The notes under the pieces: model-generated
The model's database searches: none
The model's input: the letters and a program-made list of their open reading frames with translations, nothing else
What the model was told of the DNA's origin: nothing
Translations under genes and position numbers: made by a program
Source of the DNA: Balanoglossus misakiensis
Lineage: Eukaryota > Animalia > Hemichordata
Length of the DNA stretch: 64,000 nt
NCBI GenBank assembly: GCA_040954595.2
Contig: CM082598.2
Location: forward strand, 5,347,097-5,411,096
Direction: 5' to 3'
In this document: in pieces, positions 1 to 15,000 of the stretch
Layout of the letters: every line of letters begins with the position of its first letter
Position numbering within the stretch: the first letter of the stretch is position 1

Positions 1-3000
1 GACCAAATTTTCATTAGTCGCAAAGTCGAAAAATCGTCGATTTTGGACGATTTTCATGGGCTATAACCCATGGTTTTTATCAAAAAATGACCAAATTTTC
101 ATAATTCGCAAAGTCGAAAAATCGTCGATTTTGGACGATTTTCATGGGCTATAACCCATGGTTTTAATCAAAAAATGACCAAATTTTCATAATTCGCAGA
201 GTCCAAAAATCGTCGATTTTGGACGATTTTCATGGGCTATAACCCATGGTTTTTATCAAAAAATGACAAAATTTTCCTAATTCGCAAAGTCGAAAAATCG
301 TCGATTTTGGACGATTTTCATGGGCTATAACCCATGGTTTTTATCAAAAAATGACCAAATTTTCATTATTCGCAAAGTCGAAAAATCGTCGATTTTGGAC
401 GATTTTCATGGGCTATAACCCATGGTTTTAATCAAAAAATGACCAAATTTTCATAATTCGCAAAGTCGAAAAATCGTCGATTTTGGACGATTTTCATGGG
501 CTATAACCCATGGTTTTTATCAAAAAATGACCAAATTTTCATAATTCGCAAAGTCGAAAAATCGTCGATTTTGGACGATTTTCATGGGCTATAACCCATG
601 GTTTTTATCAAAAAATGACCAAATTTTCATAATTCGCAAAGTCGAAAAATCGTCGATTTTGGACGATTTTCATGGGCTATAACCCATGGTTTTAATCAAA
701 AAATGACCAAATTTTCATAATTCGCAAAGTCGAAAAATCGTCGATTTTGGACGATTTTCATGGGCTATAACCCATGGTTTTTATCAAAAAATGACAAAAT
801 TTTCCTAATTCGCAAAGTCGAAAAATCGTCGATTTTGGACGATTTTCATGGGCTATAACCCATGGTTTTTATCAAAAAATGACAAAATTTTCATAATTCG
901 CAAAGTCGAAAAATCGTCGATTTTGGACGATTTTCATGGGCTATAACCCATGGTTTTCATCAAAAAATGACCAAATTTTAATAATTCGCAAAGTCGAAAA
1001 ATCGTCGATTTTGGACGATTTTCATGGGCTATAACCCATGGTTTTTATCAAAAAATGACCAAATTTTCATAATTCGCAAAGTCGAAAAATCGTCGATTTT
1101 GGACGATTTTCATGGGCTATAACCCATGGTTTTTATCAAAAAATGACCAAATTTTCATAATTCGCAAAGTCGAAAAATCGTCGATTTTGGACGATTTTCA
1201 TGGGCTATAACCCATGGTTTTTATCAAAAAATGACCAAATTTTCATTATTCGCAAAGTCGAAAAATCGTCGATTTTGGACGATTTTCATGGGCTATAACC
1301 CATGGTTTTTATCAAAAAATGACCAAATTTTCATAATTCGCAAAGTCGAAAAATCGTCGATTTTGGACGATTTTCATGGGCTATAACCCATGGTTTTTAT
1401 CAAAAAATGACCAAATTTTCATTATTCGCAAAGTCGAAAAATCGTCGATTTTGGACGATTTTCATGGGCTATAACCCATGGTTTTTATCAAAAAATGACC
1501 AAATTTTCATTAGTCGCAAAGTCGAAAAATCGTCGATTTTGGACGATTTTCATGGGCTATAACCCATGGTTTTTATCAAAAAATGACCAAATTTTCATAA
1601 TTCGCAAAGTCGAAAAATCGTCGATTTTGGACGATTTTCATGGGCTATAACCCATGGTTTTAATCAAAAAATGACCAACTTTTCATAATTCGCAAAGTCG
1701 AAAAATCGTCGATTTTGGACGATTTTCATGGGCTATAACCCATGGTTTTTATCAAAAAATGACAAAATTTTCCTAATTCGCAAAGTCGAAAAATCGTCGA
1801 TTTTGGACGATTTTCATGGGCTATAACCCATGGTTTTTATCAAAAAATGACCAAATTTTCATTATTCGCAAAGTCGAAAAATCGTCGATTTTGGACGATT
1901 TTCATGGGCTATAACCCATGGTTTTAATCAAAAAATGACCAAATTTTCATAATTCGCAAAGTCGAAAAATCGTCGATTTTGGACGATTTTCATGGGCTAT
2001 AACCCATGGTTTTTATCAAAAAATGACCAAATTTTCATAATTCGCAAAGTCGAAAAATCGTCGATTTTGGACGATTTTCATGGGCTATAACCCATGGTTT
2101 TTATCAAAAAATGACCAAATTTTCATAATTCGCAGAGTCCAAAAATCGTCGATTTTGGACGATTTTCATGGGCTATAACCCATGGTTTTTATCAAAAAAT
2201 GACCAAATTTTCATAATTCGCAAAGTCGAAAAATCGTCGATTTTGGACGATTTTCATGGGCTATAACCCATGGTTTTTATCAAAAGATGACTAAATTTTC
2301 ATAATTCGCAAAGTCGAAAAATCGTCGATTTTGGACGATTTTCATGGGCTATAACCCGTGGTTTTTATCAAAAAATGACCAAATTTTCATAATTCGCAAA
2401 GTCGAAAAATCGTCGATTTTGGACGATTTTCATGGGCTATAACCCGTGGTTTTTATCAAAAAATGACCAAATTTTCATAATTCGCAAAGTCGAAAAATCG
2501 TCGATTTTGGACGATTTTCATGGGCTATAACCCATGGTTTTTATCAAAAAATGACCAAATTTTCATAATTCGCAAAGTCGAAAAATCGTCGATTTTGGAC
2601 GATTTTCATGGGCTATAACCCATGGTTTTTATCAAAAAATGACCAAATTTTCATAATTCGCAAAGTCGAAAAATCGTCGATTTTGGACGATTTTCATGGG
2701 CTATAACCCATGGTTTTTATCAAAAAATGACCAAATTTTCATAATTCGCAAAGTCGAAAAATCGTCGATTTTGGACGATTTTCATGGGCTATAACCCATG
2801 GTTTTTATCAAAAAATGACCAAATTTTCATAATTCGCAGAGTCCAAAAAATCGTCGATTTTGGACGATTTTCATGGGCTATAACCCATGGTTTTTATCAA
2901 AAAATGACCAAATTTTCATAATTCGCAAAGTCGAAAAATCGTCGATTTTGGACGATTTTCATGGGCTATAACCCATGGTTTTTATCAAAAGATGACCAAA

Positions 3001-6000
3001 TTTTCATAATTCGCAAAGTCGAAAAATCGTCGATTTTGGACGATTTTCATGGGCTATAACCCATGGTTTTTATCAAAAGATGACCAAATTTTCATAATTC
3101 GCAAAGTCGAAAAATCGTCGATTTTGGACGATTTTCATGGGCTATAACCCATGGTTTTTATCAAAAGATGACCAAATTTTCATAATTCGCAAAGTCGAAA
3201 AATCGTCGATTTTGGACGATTTTCATGGGCTATAACCCATGGTTTTTATCAAAAAATGACCAAATTTTCATAATTCGCAAAGTCGAAAAATCGTCGATTT
3301 TGGACGATTTTCATGGGCTATAACCCGTGGTTTTTATCAAAAAATGACCAAATTTTCATAATTCGCAAAGTCGAAAAATCGTCGATTTTGGACGATTTTC
3401 ATGGGCTATAACCCATGGTTTTTATCAAAAAATGACCAAATTTTCATAATTCGCAAAGTCGAAAAATCGTCGATTTTGGACGATTTTCATGGGCTATAAC
3501 CCATGGTTTTTATCAAAAAATGACCAAATTTTCATAATTCGCAAAGTCGAAAAATCGTCGATTTTGGACGATTTTCATGGGCTATAACCCATGGTTTTTA
3601 TCAAAAAATGACCAAATTTTCATAATTCGCAAAGTCGAAAAATCGTCGATTTTGGACGATTTTCATGGGCTATAACCCATGGTTTTTATCAAAAAATGAC
3701 CAAATTTTCATAATTCGCAAAGTCGAAAAATCGTCGATTTTGGACGATTTTCATGGGCTATAACCCATGGTTTTTATCAAAAAATGACCAAATTTTCATA
3801 ATTCGCAGAGTCCAAAAATCGTCGATTTTGGACGATTTTCATGGGCTATAACCCATGGTTTTTATCAAAAAATGACCAAATTTTCATAATTCGCAAAGTC
3901 GAAAAATCGTCGATTTTGGACGATTTTCATGGGCTATAACCCATGGTTTTTATCAAAAGATGACCAAATTTTCATAATTCGCAAAGTCGAAAAATCGTCG
4001 ATTTTGGACGATTTTCATGGGCTATAACCCATGGTTTTTATCAAAAGATGACCAAATTTTCATAATTCGCAAAGTCGAAAAATCGTCGATTTTGGACGAT
4101 TTTCATGGGCTATAACCCATGGTTTTTATCAAAAGATGACCAAATTTTCATAATTCGCAAAGTCGAAAAATCGTCGATTTTGGACGATTTTCATGGGCTA
4201 TAACCCATGGTTTTTATCAAAAAATGACCAAATTTTCATAATTCGCAAAGTCGAAAAATCGTCGATTTTGGACGATTTTCATGGGCTATAACCCATGGTT
4301 TTTATCAAAAAATGACCAAATTTTCATAATTCGCAAAGTCGAAAAATCGTCGATTTTGGACGATTTTCATGGGCTATAACCCATGGTTTTTATCAAAAAA
4401 TGACCAAATTTTCATAATTCGCAAAGTCGAAAAATCGTCGATTTTGGACGATTTTCATGGGCTATAACCCATGGTTTTTATCAAAAAATGACCAAATTTT
4501 CATTATTCGCAAAGTCGAAAAATCGTCGACTTTGGACGATTTTCATGGGCTATAACCCATGGTTTTTATCAAAAAATGACCAAATTTTCATAATTCGCAA
4601 AGTCGAAAAATCGTCGATTTTGGACGATTTTCATGGGCTATAACCCATGGTTTTTATCAAAAAATGACCAAATTTTCATAATTCGCAAAGTCGAAAAATC
4701 GTCGATTTTGGACGATTTTCATGGGCTATAACCCATGGTTTTTATCAAAAAATGACCAAATTTTCATAATTCGCAAAGTCGAAAAATCGTCGATTTTGGA
4801 CGATTTTCATGGGCTATAACCCATGGTTTTTATCAAAAAATGACCAAATTTTCATAATTCGCAAAGTCGAAAAATCGTCGATTTTGGACGATTTTCATGG
4901 GCTATAACCCATGGTTTTTATCAAAAAATGACCAAATTTTCATTATTCGCAAAGTCGAAAAATCGTCGATTTTGGACGATTTTCATGGGCTATAACCCAT
5001 GGTTTTTATCAAAAAATGACCAAATTTTCATAATTCGCAAAGTCGAAAAATCGTCGATTTTGGACGATTTTCATGGGCTATAACCCATGGTTTTTATCAA
5101 AAAATGACCAAATTTTCATAATTCGCAGAGTCCAAAAATCGTCGATTTTGGACGATTTTCATGGGCTATAACTCATGGTTTTTATCAAAAAATGACCAAA
5201 TTTTCATAATTCGCAAAGTCGAAAAATCGTCGATTTTGGACGATTTTCATGGGCTATAACCCATGGTTTTTATCAAAAAATGACCAAATTTTCATAATTC
5301 GCAAAATCGAAAAATCGTCGATTTTGGACGATTTTCATGGGCTATAACCCATGGTTTTTATCAAAAAATGACCAAATTTTCATAATTCGCAAAGTCGAAA
5401 AATCGTCGATTTTGGACGATTTTCATGGGCTTTAACCCATGGTTTTTATCAAAAAATGACCAAATTTTCATAATTCGCAAAGTCGAAAAATCGTCGATTT
5501 TGGACGATTTTCATGGGCTATAACTCATGGTTTTTATCAAAAAATGACCAAATTTTCATAATTCGCAAAGTCGAAAAATCGTCGATTTTGCACGATTTTC
5601 ATGGGCTATAACCCATGGTTTTTATCAAAAAATGACCAAATTTTCATAATTCGCAAAGTCGAAAAATCGTCGATTTTGGACGATTTTCATGGGCTATAAC
5701 TCATGGTTTTTATCAAAAAATGACCAAATTTTCATAATTCGCAAAGTCGAAAAATCGTCGATTTTGGACGATTTTCATGGGCTATAACCCATGGTTTTTA
5801 TCAAAAAATGACCAAATTTTAATAATTCGCAAAGTCGAAAAATCGTCGATTTTGGACGATTTTCATGGCTATAACCCATGGTTTTTATCAAAAAATGACC
5901 AAATTTTCATAATTCGCAAAGTCGAAAAATCGTCGATTTTGGACGATTTTCATGGGCTATAACCCATGGTTTTTATCAAAAAATGACCAAATTTTCATAA

Positions 6001-9000
6001 TTCGCAAAGTCGAAAAATCGTCGATTTTGGACGATTTTCATGGGCTATAACTCATGGTTTTTATCAAAAAATGACCAAATTTTCATAATTCGCAAAGTCG
6101 AAAAATCGTCGATTTTGGACGATTTTCATGGGCTATAACCCATGGTTTTTATCAAAAAATGACCAAATTTTAATAATTCGCAAAGTCGAAAAATCGTCGA
6201 TTTTGGACGATTTTCATGGGCTATAACCCATGGTTTTTATCAAAAAATGACCAAATTTTCATAATTCGCAAAGTCGAAAAATCGTCGATTTTGGACGATT
6301 TTCATGGGCTATAACCCATGGTTTTTATCAAAAAATGACCAAATTTTCATAATTCGCAAAGTCGAAAAATCGTCGATTTTGGACGATTTTCATGGCCTAT
6401 AACCCATGGTTTTTATCCAAAAATGACCAAATTTTCATAATTCGCAAAGTCGAAAAAATCGTCGATTTTGGACGATTTTCATGGGCTATAACCCATGGTT
6501 TTTATCAAAAAATGACAAAATTTTCATAATTCGCAAAGTCGAAAAAATCGTCGATTTTGGACGATTTTCATGGGCTATAACCCATGGTTTTTATCAAAAA
6601 ATGACCAAATTTTCATAATTCGCAAAGTCGAAAAATCGTCGATTTTGGACGATTTTCATGGGCTATAACCCATGGTTTTTATCAAAAAATGACCAAATTT
6701 TCATAATTCGCAAAGTCGAAAAATCGTCGATTTTGGACGATTTTCATGGGCTATAACCCATGGTTTTTATCAAAAAATGACCAAATTTTCATAATTCGCA
6801 GAGTCCAAAAATCGTCGATTTTGGACGATTTTCATGGGCTATAACCCATGGTTTTTATCAAAAAATGACCAAATTTTCATAATTCGCAAAGTCGAAAAAT
6901 CGTCGATTTTGGACGATTTTCAAGGGCTATAACCCATGGTTTTTATCAAAAAATGACCAAATTTTCATAATTCGCAAAATCGAAAAATCGTCGATTTTGG
7001 ACGATTTTCATGGGCTATAACCCATGGTTTTTATCAAAAAATGACCAAATTTTCATAATTCGCAAAATCGAAAAATCGTCGATTTTGGACGATTTTCATG
7101 GGCTATAACCCATGGTTTTTATCAAAAAATGACCAAATTTTCATAATTCGCAAAGTCGAAAAATCGTCGATTTTGGACGATTTTCATGGGCTTTAACCCA
7201 TGGTTTTTATCAAAAAATGACCAAATTTTCATAATTCGCAAAGTCGAAAAATCGTCGATTTTGGACGATTTTCATGGGCTATAACTCATGGTTTTTATCA
7301 AAAAATGACCAAATTTTCATAATTCGCAAAGTCGAAAAATCGTCGATTTTGGACGATTTTCATGGGCTATAACCCATGGTTTTTATCAAAAAATGACCAA
7401 ATTTTCATAATTCGCAAAGTCGAAAAATCGTCGATTTTGGACGATTTTCATGGGCTATAACCCATGGTTTTTATCAAAAAATGACCAAATTTTCATAATT
7501 CGCAAAGTCGAAAAATCGTCGATTTTGGACGATTTTCATGGGCTATAACTCATGGTTTTTATCAAAAAATGACCAAATTTTCATAATTCGCAAAGTCGAA
7601 AAATCGTCGATTTTGGACGATTTTCATGGGCTATAACCCATGGTTTTTATCAAAAAATGACCAAATTTTAATAATTCGCAAAGTCGAAAAATCGTCGATT
7701 TTGGACGATTTTCATGGGCTATAACCCATGGTTTTTATCAAAAAATGACCAAATTTTCATAATTCGCAAAGTCGAAAAATCGTCGATTTTGGACGATTTT
7801 CATGGGCTATAACCCATGGTTTTTATCAAAAAATGACCAAATTTTCATAATTCGCAAAGTCGAAAAATCGTCGATTTTGGACGATTTTCATGGGCTATAA
7901 CTCATGGTTTTTATCAAAAAATGACCAAATTTTCATAATTCGCAAAGTCGAACGTCGGGGGATTTTGGACGATTTTCATGGGCTATAACCCATGGTTTTT
8001 ATCAAAAAATGACCAAATTTTCATAATTCGCAAAGTCGAAAAATCGTCGATTTTGGACGATTTTCATGGGCTATAACCCATGGTTTTTATCAAAAAATGA
8101 CCAAATTTTCATAATTCGCAAAGTCGAAAAATCGTCGATTTTGGACGATTTTCATGGGCTATAACCCATGGTTTTTATCAAAAAATGACCAAATTTTCAT
8201 AATTCGCAAAGTCGAAAAATCGTGGATTTTGGACGATTTTCATGGCCTATAACCCATGGTTTTTATCCAAAAATGACCAAATTTTCATAATTCGCAAAGT
8301 CGAAAAAATCGTCGATTTTGGACGATTTTCATGGGCTATAACCCATGGTTTTTATCAAAAAATGACCAAATTTTCATAATTCGCAAAGTCGAAAAATCGT
8401 CGATTTTGGACGATTTTCATGGGCTATAACCCATGGTTTTTATCAAAAAATGACCAAATTTTCATAATTCGCAAAGTCGAAAAATCGTCGATTTTGGACG
8501 ATTTTCATGGGCTATAACCCATGGTTTTTATCAAAAAATGACCAAATTTTCATAATTCGCAAAGTCGAAAAATCGTCGATTTTGGACGATTTTCATGGGC
8601 TATAACCCATGGTTTTTATCAAAAAATGACCAAATTTTCATAATTCGCAAGCAAGTCCAAAAAATCGTCGATTTTGGACGATTTTCATGGGCTATAACCC
8701 ATGGTTTTTATCAAAAAATGACCAAATTTTCATAATTCGCAAAGTCGAAAAATCGTCGATTTTGGACGATTTTCATGGGCTATAACCCATGGTTTTTATC
8801 AAAAAATGACCAAATTTTCATAATTCGCAAAGTCGAAAAATCGTCGATTTTGGACGATTTTCATGGGCTATAACCCATGGTTTTTATCAAAAAATGACCA
8901 AATTTTCATAATTCGCAAAGTCGAAAAATCGTCGATTTTGGACGATTTTCATGGGCTATAACTCATGGTTTTTATCAAAAAATGACCAAATTTTCATAAT

Positions 9001-12000
9001 TCGCAAAGTCGAAAAATCGTCGATTTTGGACGATTTTCATGGGCTATAACCCATGGTTTTTATCAAAAAATGACCAAATTTTCATAATTCGCAAAGTCGA
9101 AAAATCGTCGATTTTGGACGATTTTCATGGGCTATAACCCATGGTTTTTATCAAAAAATGACCAAATTTTCATAATTCGCAAAGTCGAAAAATCGTCGAT
9201 TTTGGACGATTTTCATGGGCTATAACCCATGGTTTTTATCAAAAAATGACCAAATTTTCATAATTCGCAAAGTCGAAAAATCGTCGATTTTGGACGATTT
9301 TCATGGGCTATAACCCATGGTTTTTATCAAAAAATGACCAAATTTTCATAATTCGCAAAGTCGAAAAAATCGTCGATTTTGGACGATTTTCATGGGCTAT
9401 AACCCATGGTTTTTATCAAAAAATGACCAAATTTTCATAATTCGCAAAGTCGAAAAATCGTCGATTTTGGACGATTTTCATGGGCTATAACCCATGGTTT
9501 TTATCAAAAAATGACCAGATTTTCATAATTCGCATAATCGAAAAATCGTCGATTTTGGACGATTTTCATGGGCTATAACCCATGGTTTTTATCAAAAAAT
9601 GATCAAATTTTAATTATTCTTTATTATTCGCAAAGTGAAAAAATCGTCGATTTTGGACGATTTTCATGGGCTATAACCCATGGTTTTTATCAAAAAATGA
9701 CCAAATTTTCATAATTCGCAGAGTCGAAAAATCGTCGATTTTGGACGATTTTCATGGGCTATAACCCATGGTTTTTATCAAAAAATGACCAAATTTTCAT
9801 AATTCGCAAAGTCGAAAAATCGTCGATTTGGACGATTTTCATGGGCTATAACCCATGGTTTTTATCAAAAAATGACCAAATTTTCATAATTCGCAAAGTC
9901 GAAAAATCGTCGATTTTGGACGATTTTCATGGGCTATAACCCATGGTTTTTATCAAAAAATGACCAAATTTTCATAATTCGCAAAGTCGAAAAATCGTCG
10001 ATTTTGGACGATTTTCATGGGCTATAACCCATGGTTTTTATCAAAAAATGACCAAATTTTCATAATTCGCAAAGTCGAAAAATCGTCGATTTTGGACGAT
10101 TTTCATGGGCTATAACCCATGGTTTTTATCAAAAAATGACCAAATTTTCATAATTCGCAAAGTCGAAAAAATCGTCGATTTTGGACGATTTTCATGGGCT
10201 ATAACCCATGGTTTTTATCAAAAAATGACCAAATTTTCATAATTCGCAAAGTCGAAAAATCGTCGATTTTGGACGATTTTCATGGGCTATAACCCATGGT
10301 TTTTATCAAAAAATGACCAAATTTTCATAATTCGCATAATCGAAAAATCGTCGATTTTGGACGATTTTCATGGGCTATAACCCATGGTTTTTATCAAAAA
10401 ATGATCAAATTTTAATTATTCTTTATTATTCGCAAAGTGAAAAAATCGTCGATTTTGGACGATTTTCATGGGCTATAACTCATGGTTTTTATCTCAAAAT
10501 GACCAAATTTTCATAATTCGCAGAGTCGAATAATCGACGATTTTGGACGATTTTCATGGGCTATAACCCATGGTTTTTATCAAAAAATGACCAAATTTTC
10601 ATAATTCGCAAAGTCGAAAAATCGTCGATTTTGGACGATTTTCATGGGCTATAACCCATGGTTTTTATCAAAAAATGACCAAATTTTCATAATTCGCAAA
10701 GTCGAAAAATCGTCGATTTTGGACGATTTTCATGGGCTATAACCCATGGTTTTTATCAAAAAATGACCAAATTTTCATAATTCGCAAAGTCGAAAAATCG
10801 TCGATTTTGGACGATTTTCATGGGCTATAACCCATGGTTTTTATCAAAAAATGACCAAATTTTCATAATTCGCAAAGTCGAAAAATCGTCGATTTTGGAC
10901 GATTTTCATGGGCTATAACCCATGGTTTTTATCAAAAAATGACCAAATTTTCATAATTCGCAGAGTCCAAAAATCGTCGATTTTGGACGATTTTCATGGG
11001 CTATAACCCATGGTTTTTATCAAAAAATGACCAAATTTTCATAATTCGCAAAGTCGAAAAATCGTCGATTTTGGACGATTTTCATGGGCTATAACCCATG
11101 GTTTTTATCAAAAGATGACCAAATTTTCATAATTCGCAAAGTCGAAAAATCGTCGATTTTGGACGATTTTCATGGGCTATAACCCATGGTTTTTATCAAA
11201 AGATGACCAAATTTTCATAATTCGCAAAGTCGAAAAATCGTCGATTTTGGACGATTTTCATGGGCTATAACCCATGGTTTTTATCAAAAGATGACCAAAT
11301 TTTCATAATTCGCAAAGTCGAAAAATCGTCGATTTTGGACGATTTTCATGGGCTATAACCCATGGTTTTTATCAAAAAATGACCAAATTTTCATAATTCG
11401 CAAAGTCGAAAAATCGTCGATTTTGGACGATTTTCATGGGCTATAACCCATGGTTTTTATCAAAAAATGACCAAATTTTCATAATTCGCAAAGTCGAAAA
11501 ATCGTCGATTTTGGACGATTTTCATGGGCTATAACCCATGGTTTTTATCAAAAAATGACCAAATTTTCATTATTCGCAAAGTCGAAAAATCGTCGACTTT
11601 GGACGATTTTCATGGGCTATAACCCATGGTTTTTATCAAAAAATGACCAAATTTTCATAATTCGCAAAGTCGAAAAATCGTCGATTTTGGACGATTTTCA
11701 TGGGCTATAACCCATGGTTTTTATCAAAAAATGACCAAATTTTCATAATTCGCAAAGTCGAAAAATCGTCGATTTTGGACGATTTTCATGGGCTATAACC
11801 CATGGTTTTTATCAAAAAATGACCAAATTTTCATAATTCGCAAAGTCGAAAAATCGTCGATTTTGGACGATTTTCATGGGCTATAACCCATGGTTTTTAT
11901 CAAAAAATGACCAAATTTTCATAATTCGCAAAGTCGAAAAATCGTCGATTTTGGACGATTTTCATGGGCTATAACCCATGGTTTTTATCAAAAAATGACC

Positions 12001-15000
12001 AAATTTTCATTATTCGCAAAGTCGAAAAATCGTCGATTTTGGACGATTTTCATGGGCTATAACCCATGGTTTTTATCAAAAAATGACCAAATTTTCATAA
12101 TTCGCAAAGTCGAAAAATCGTCGATTTTGGACGATTTTCATGGGCTATAACCCATGGTTTTTATCAAAAAATGACCAAATTTTCATAATTCGCAAAGTCG
12201 AAAAATCGTCGATTTTGGACGATTTTCATGGGCTATAACCCATGGTTTTTATCAAAAAATGACCAAATTTTCATAATTCGCAGAGTCCAAAAATCGTCGA
12301 TTTTGGACGATTTTCATGGGCTATAACTCATGGTTTTTATCAAAAAATGACCAAATTTTCATAATTCGCAAAGTCGAAAAATCGTCGATTTTGGACGATT
12401 TTCATGGGCTATAACCCATGGTTTTTATCAAAAAATGACCAAATTTTCATAATTCGCAAAATCGAAAAATCGTCGATTTTGGACGATTTTCATGGGCTAT
12501 AACCCATGGTTTTTATCAAAAAATGACCAAATTTTCATAATTCGCAAAGTCGAAAAATCGTCGATTTTGGACGATTTTCATGGGCTATAACCCATGGTTT
12601 TTATCAAAAAATGACCAAATTTTTATAATTCGCAAAGTCGAAAAATCGTCGATTTTGGACGATTTTCATGGGCTATAACCCATGGTTTTTATCAAAAAAT
12701 GACCAAATTTTCATAATTCGCAAAATCGAAAAATCGTCGATTTTGGACGATTTTCATGGGCTATAACCCATGGTTTTTATCAAAAAATGACCAAATTTTC
12801 ATAATTCGCAAAATCGAAAAATCGTCGATTTTGGACGATTTTCATGGGCTATAACCCATGGTTTTTATCAAAAAATGACCAAATTTTCATAATTCGCAAA
12901 GTCGAAAAATCGTCGATTTTGGACGATTTTCATGGGCTTTAACCCATGGTTTTTATCAAAAAATGACCAAATTTTCATAATTCGCAAAGTCGAAAAATCG
13001 TCGATTTTGGACGATTTTCATGGGCTATAACTCATGGTTTTTATCAAAAAATGACCAAATTTTCATAATTCGCAAAGTCGAAAAATCGTCGATTTTGGAC
13101 GATTTTCATGGGCTATAACCCATGGTTTTTATCAAAAAATGACCAAATTTTCATAATTCGCAAAGTCGAAAAATCGTCGATTTTGGACGATTTTCATGGG
13201 CTATAACCCATGGTTTTTATCAAAAAATGACCAAATTTTCATAATTCGCAAAGTCGAAAAATCGTCGATTTTGGACGATTTTCATGGGCTATAACCCATG
13301 GTTTTTATCAAAAAATGACCAAATTTTCATAATTCGCAAAGTCGAAAAATCGTCGATTTTGGACGATTTTCATGGGCTATAACCCATGGTTTTTATCAAA
13401 AAATGACCAAATTTTCATTATTCGCAAAGTCGAAAAATCGTCGATTTTGGACGATTTTCATGGGCTATAACCCATGGTTTTTATCAAAAAATGACCAAAT
13501 TTTCATAATTCGCAAAGTCGAAAAATCGTCGATTTTGGACGATTTTCATGGGCTATAACCCATGGTTTTTATCAAAAAATGACCAAATTTTCATAATTCG
13601 CAAAGTCGAAAAATCGTCGATTTTGGACGATTTTCATGGGCTATAACCCATGGTTTTTATCAAAAAATGACCAAATTTTCATAATTCGCAGAGTCCAAAA
13701 ATCGTCGATTTTGGACGATTTTCATGGGCTATAACTCATGGTTTTTATCAAAAAATGACCAAATTTTCATAATTCGCAAAGTCGAAAAATCGTCGATTTT
13801 GGACGATTTTCATGGGCTATAACCCATGGTTTTTATCAAAAAATGACCAAATTTTCATAATTCGCAAAATCGAAAAATCGTCGATTTTGGACGATTTTCA
13901 TGGGCTATAACCCATGGTTTTTATCAAAAAATGACCAAATTTTCATAATTCGCAAAGTCGAAAAATCGTCGATTTTGGACGATTTTCATGGGCTATAACC
14001 CATGGTTTTTATCAAAAAATGACCAAATTTTTATAATTCGCAAAGTCGAAAAATCGTCGATTTTGGACGATTTTCATGGGCTATAACCCATGGTTTTTAT
14101 CAAAAAATGACCAAATTTTCATAATTCGCAAAATCGAAAAATCGTCGATTTTGGACGATTTTCATGGGCTATAACCCATGGTTTTTATCAAAAAATGACC
14201 AAATTTTCATAATTCGCAAAATCGAAAAATCGTCGATTTTGGACGATTTTCATGGGCTATAACCCATGGTTTTTATCAAAAAATGACCAAATTTTCATAA
14301 TTCGCAAAGTCGAAAAATCGTCGATTTTGGACGATTTTCATGGGCTTTAACCCATGGTTTTTATCAAAAAATGACCAAATTTTCATAATTCGCAAAGTCG
14401 AAAAATCGTCGATTTTGGACGATTTTCATGGGCTATAACTCATGGTTTTTATCAAAAAATGACCAAATTTTCATAATTCGCAAAGTCGAAAAATCGTCGA
14501 TTTTGGACGATTTTCATGGGCTATAACCCATGGTTTTTATCAAAAAATGACCAAATTTTCATAATTCGCAAAGTCGAAAAATCGTCGATTTTGGACGATT
14601 TTCATGGGCTATAACTCATGGTTTTTATCAAAAAATGACCAAATTTTCATAATTCGCAAAGTCGAAAAATCGTCGATTTTGGACGATTTTCATGGGCTAT
14701 AACCCATGGTTTTTATCAAAAAATGACCAAATTTTAATAATTCGCAAAGTCGAAAAATCGTCGATTTTGGACGATTTTCATGGGCTATAACCCATGGTTT
14801 TTATCAAAAAATGACCAAATTTTCATAATTCGCAAAGTCGAAAAATCGTCGATTTTGGACGATTTTCATGGGCTATAACCCATGGTTTTTATCAAAAAAT
14901 GACCAAATTTTCATAATTCGCAAAGTCGAAAAATCGTCGATTTTGGACGATTTTCATGGGCTATAACTCATGGTTTTTATCAAAAAATGACCAAATTTTC

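Noticed and set aside
7945-8670. Odd monomers (AACGTCGGGGGATTTT at ~7951, GCAAGCAAGTCC at ~8647)
   Set aside because: Singletons not repeated in the duplicated block; as likely consensus errors as biology.
5777-9939. 61-aa ORFs at 5777 and 9754 in satellite A, and 22119..22367 in satellite B
   Set aside because: Created by single-base deletions or substitutions that skip the periodic stop; no coding signal.
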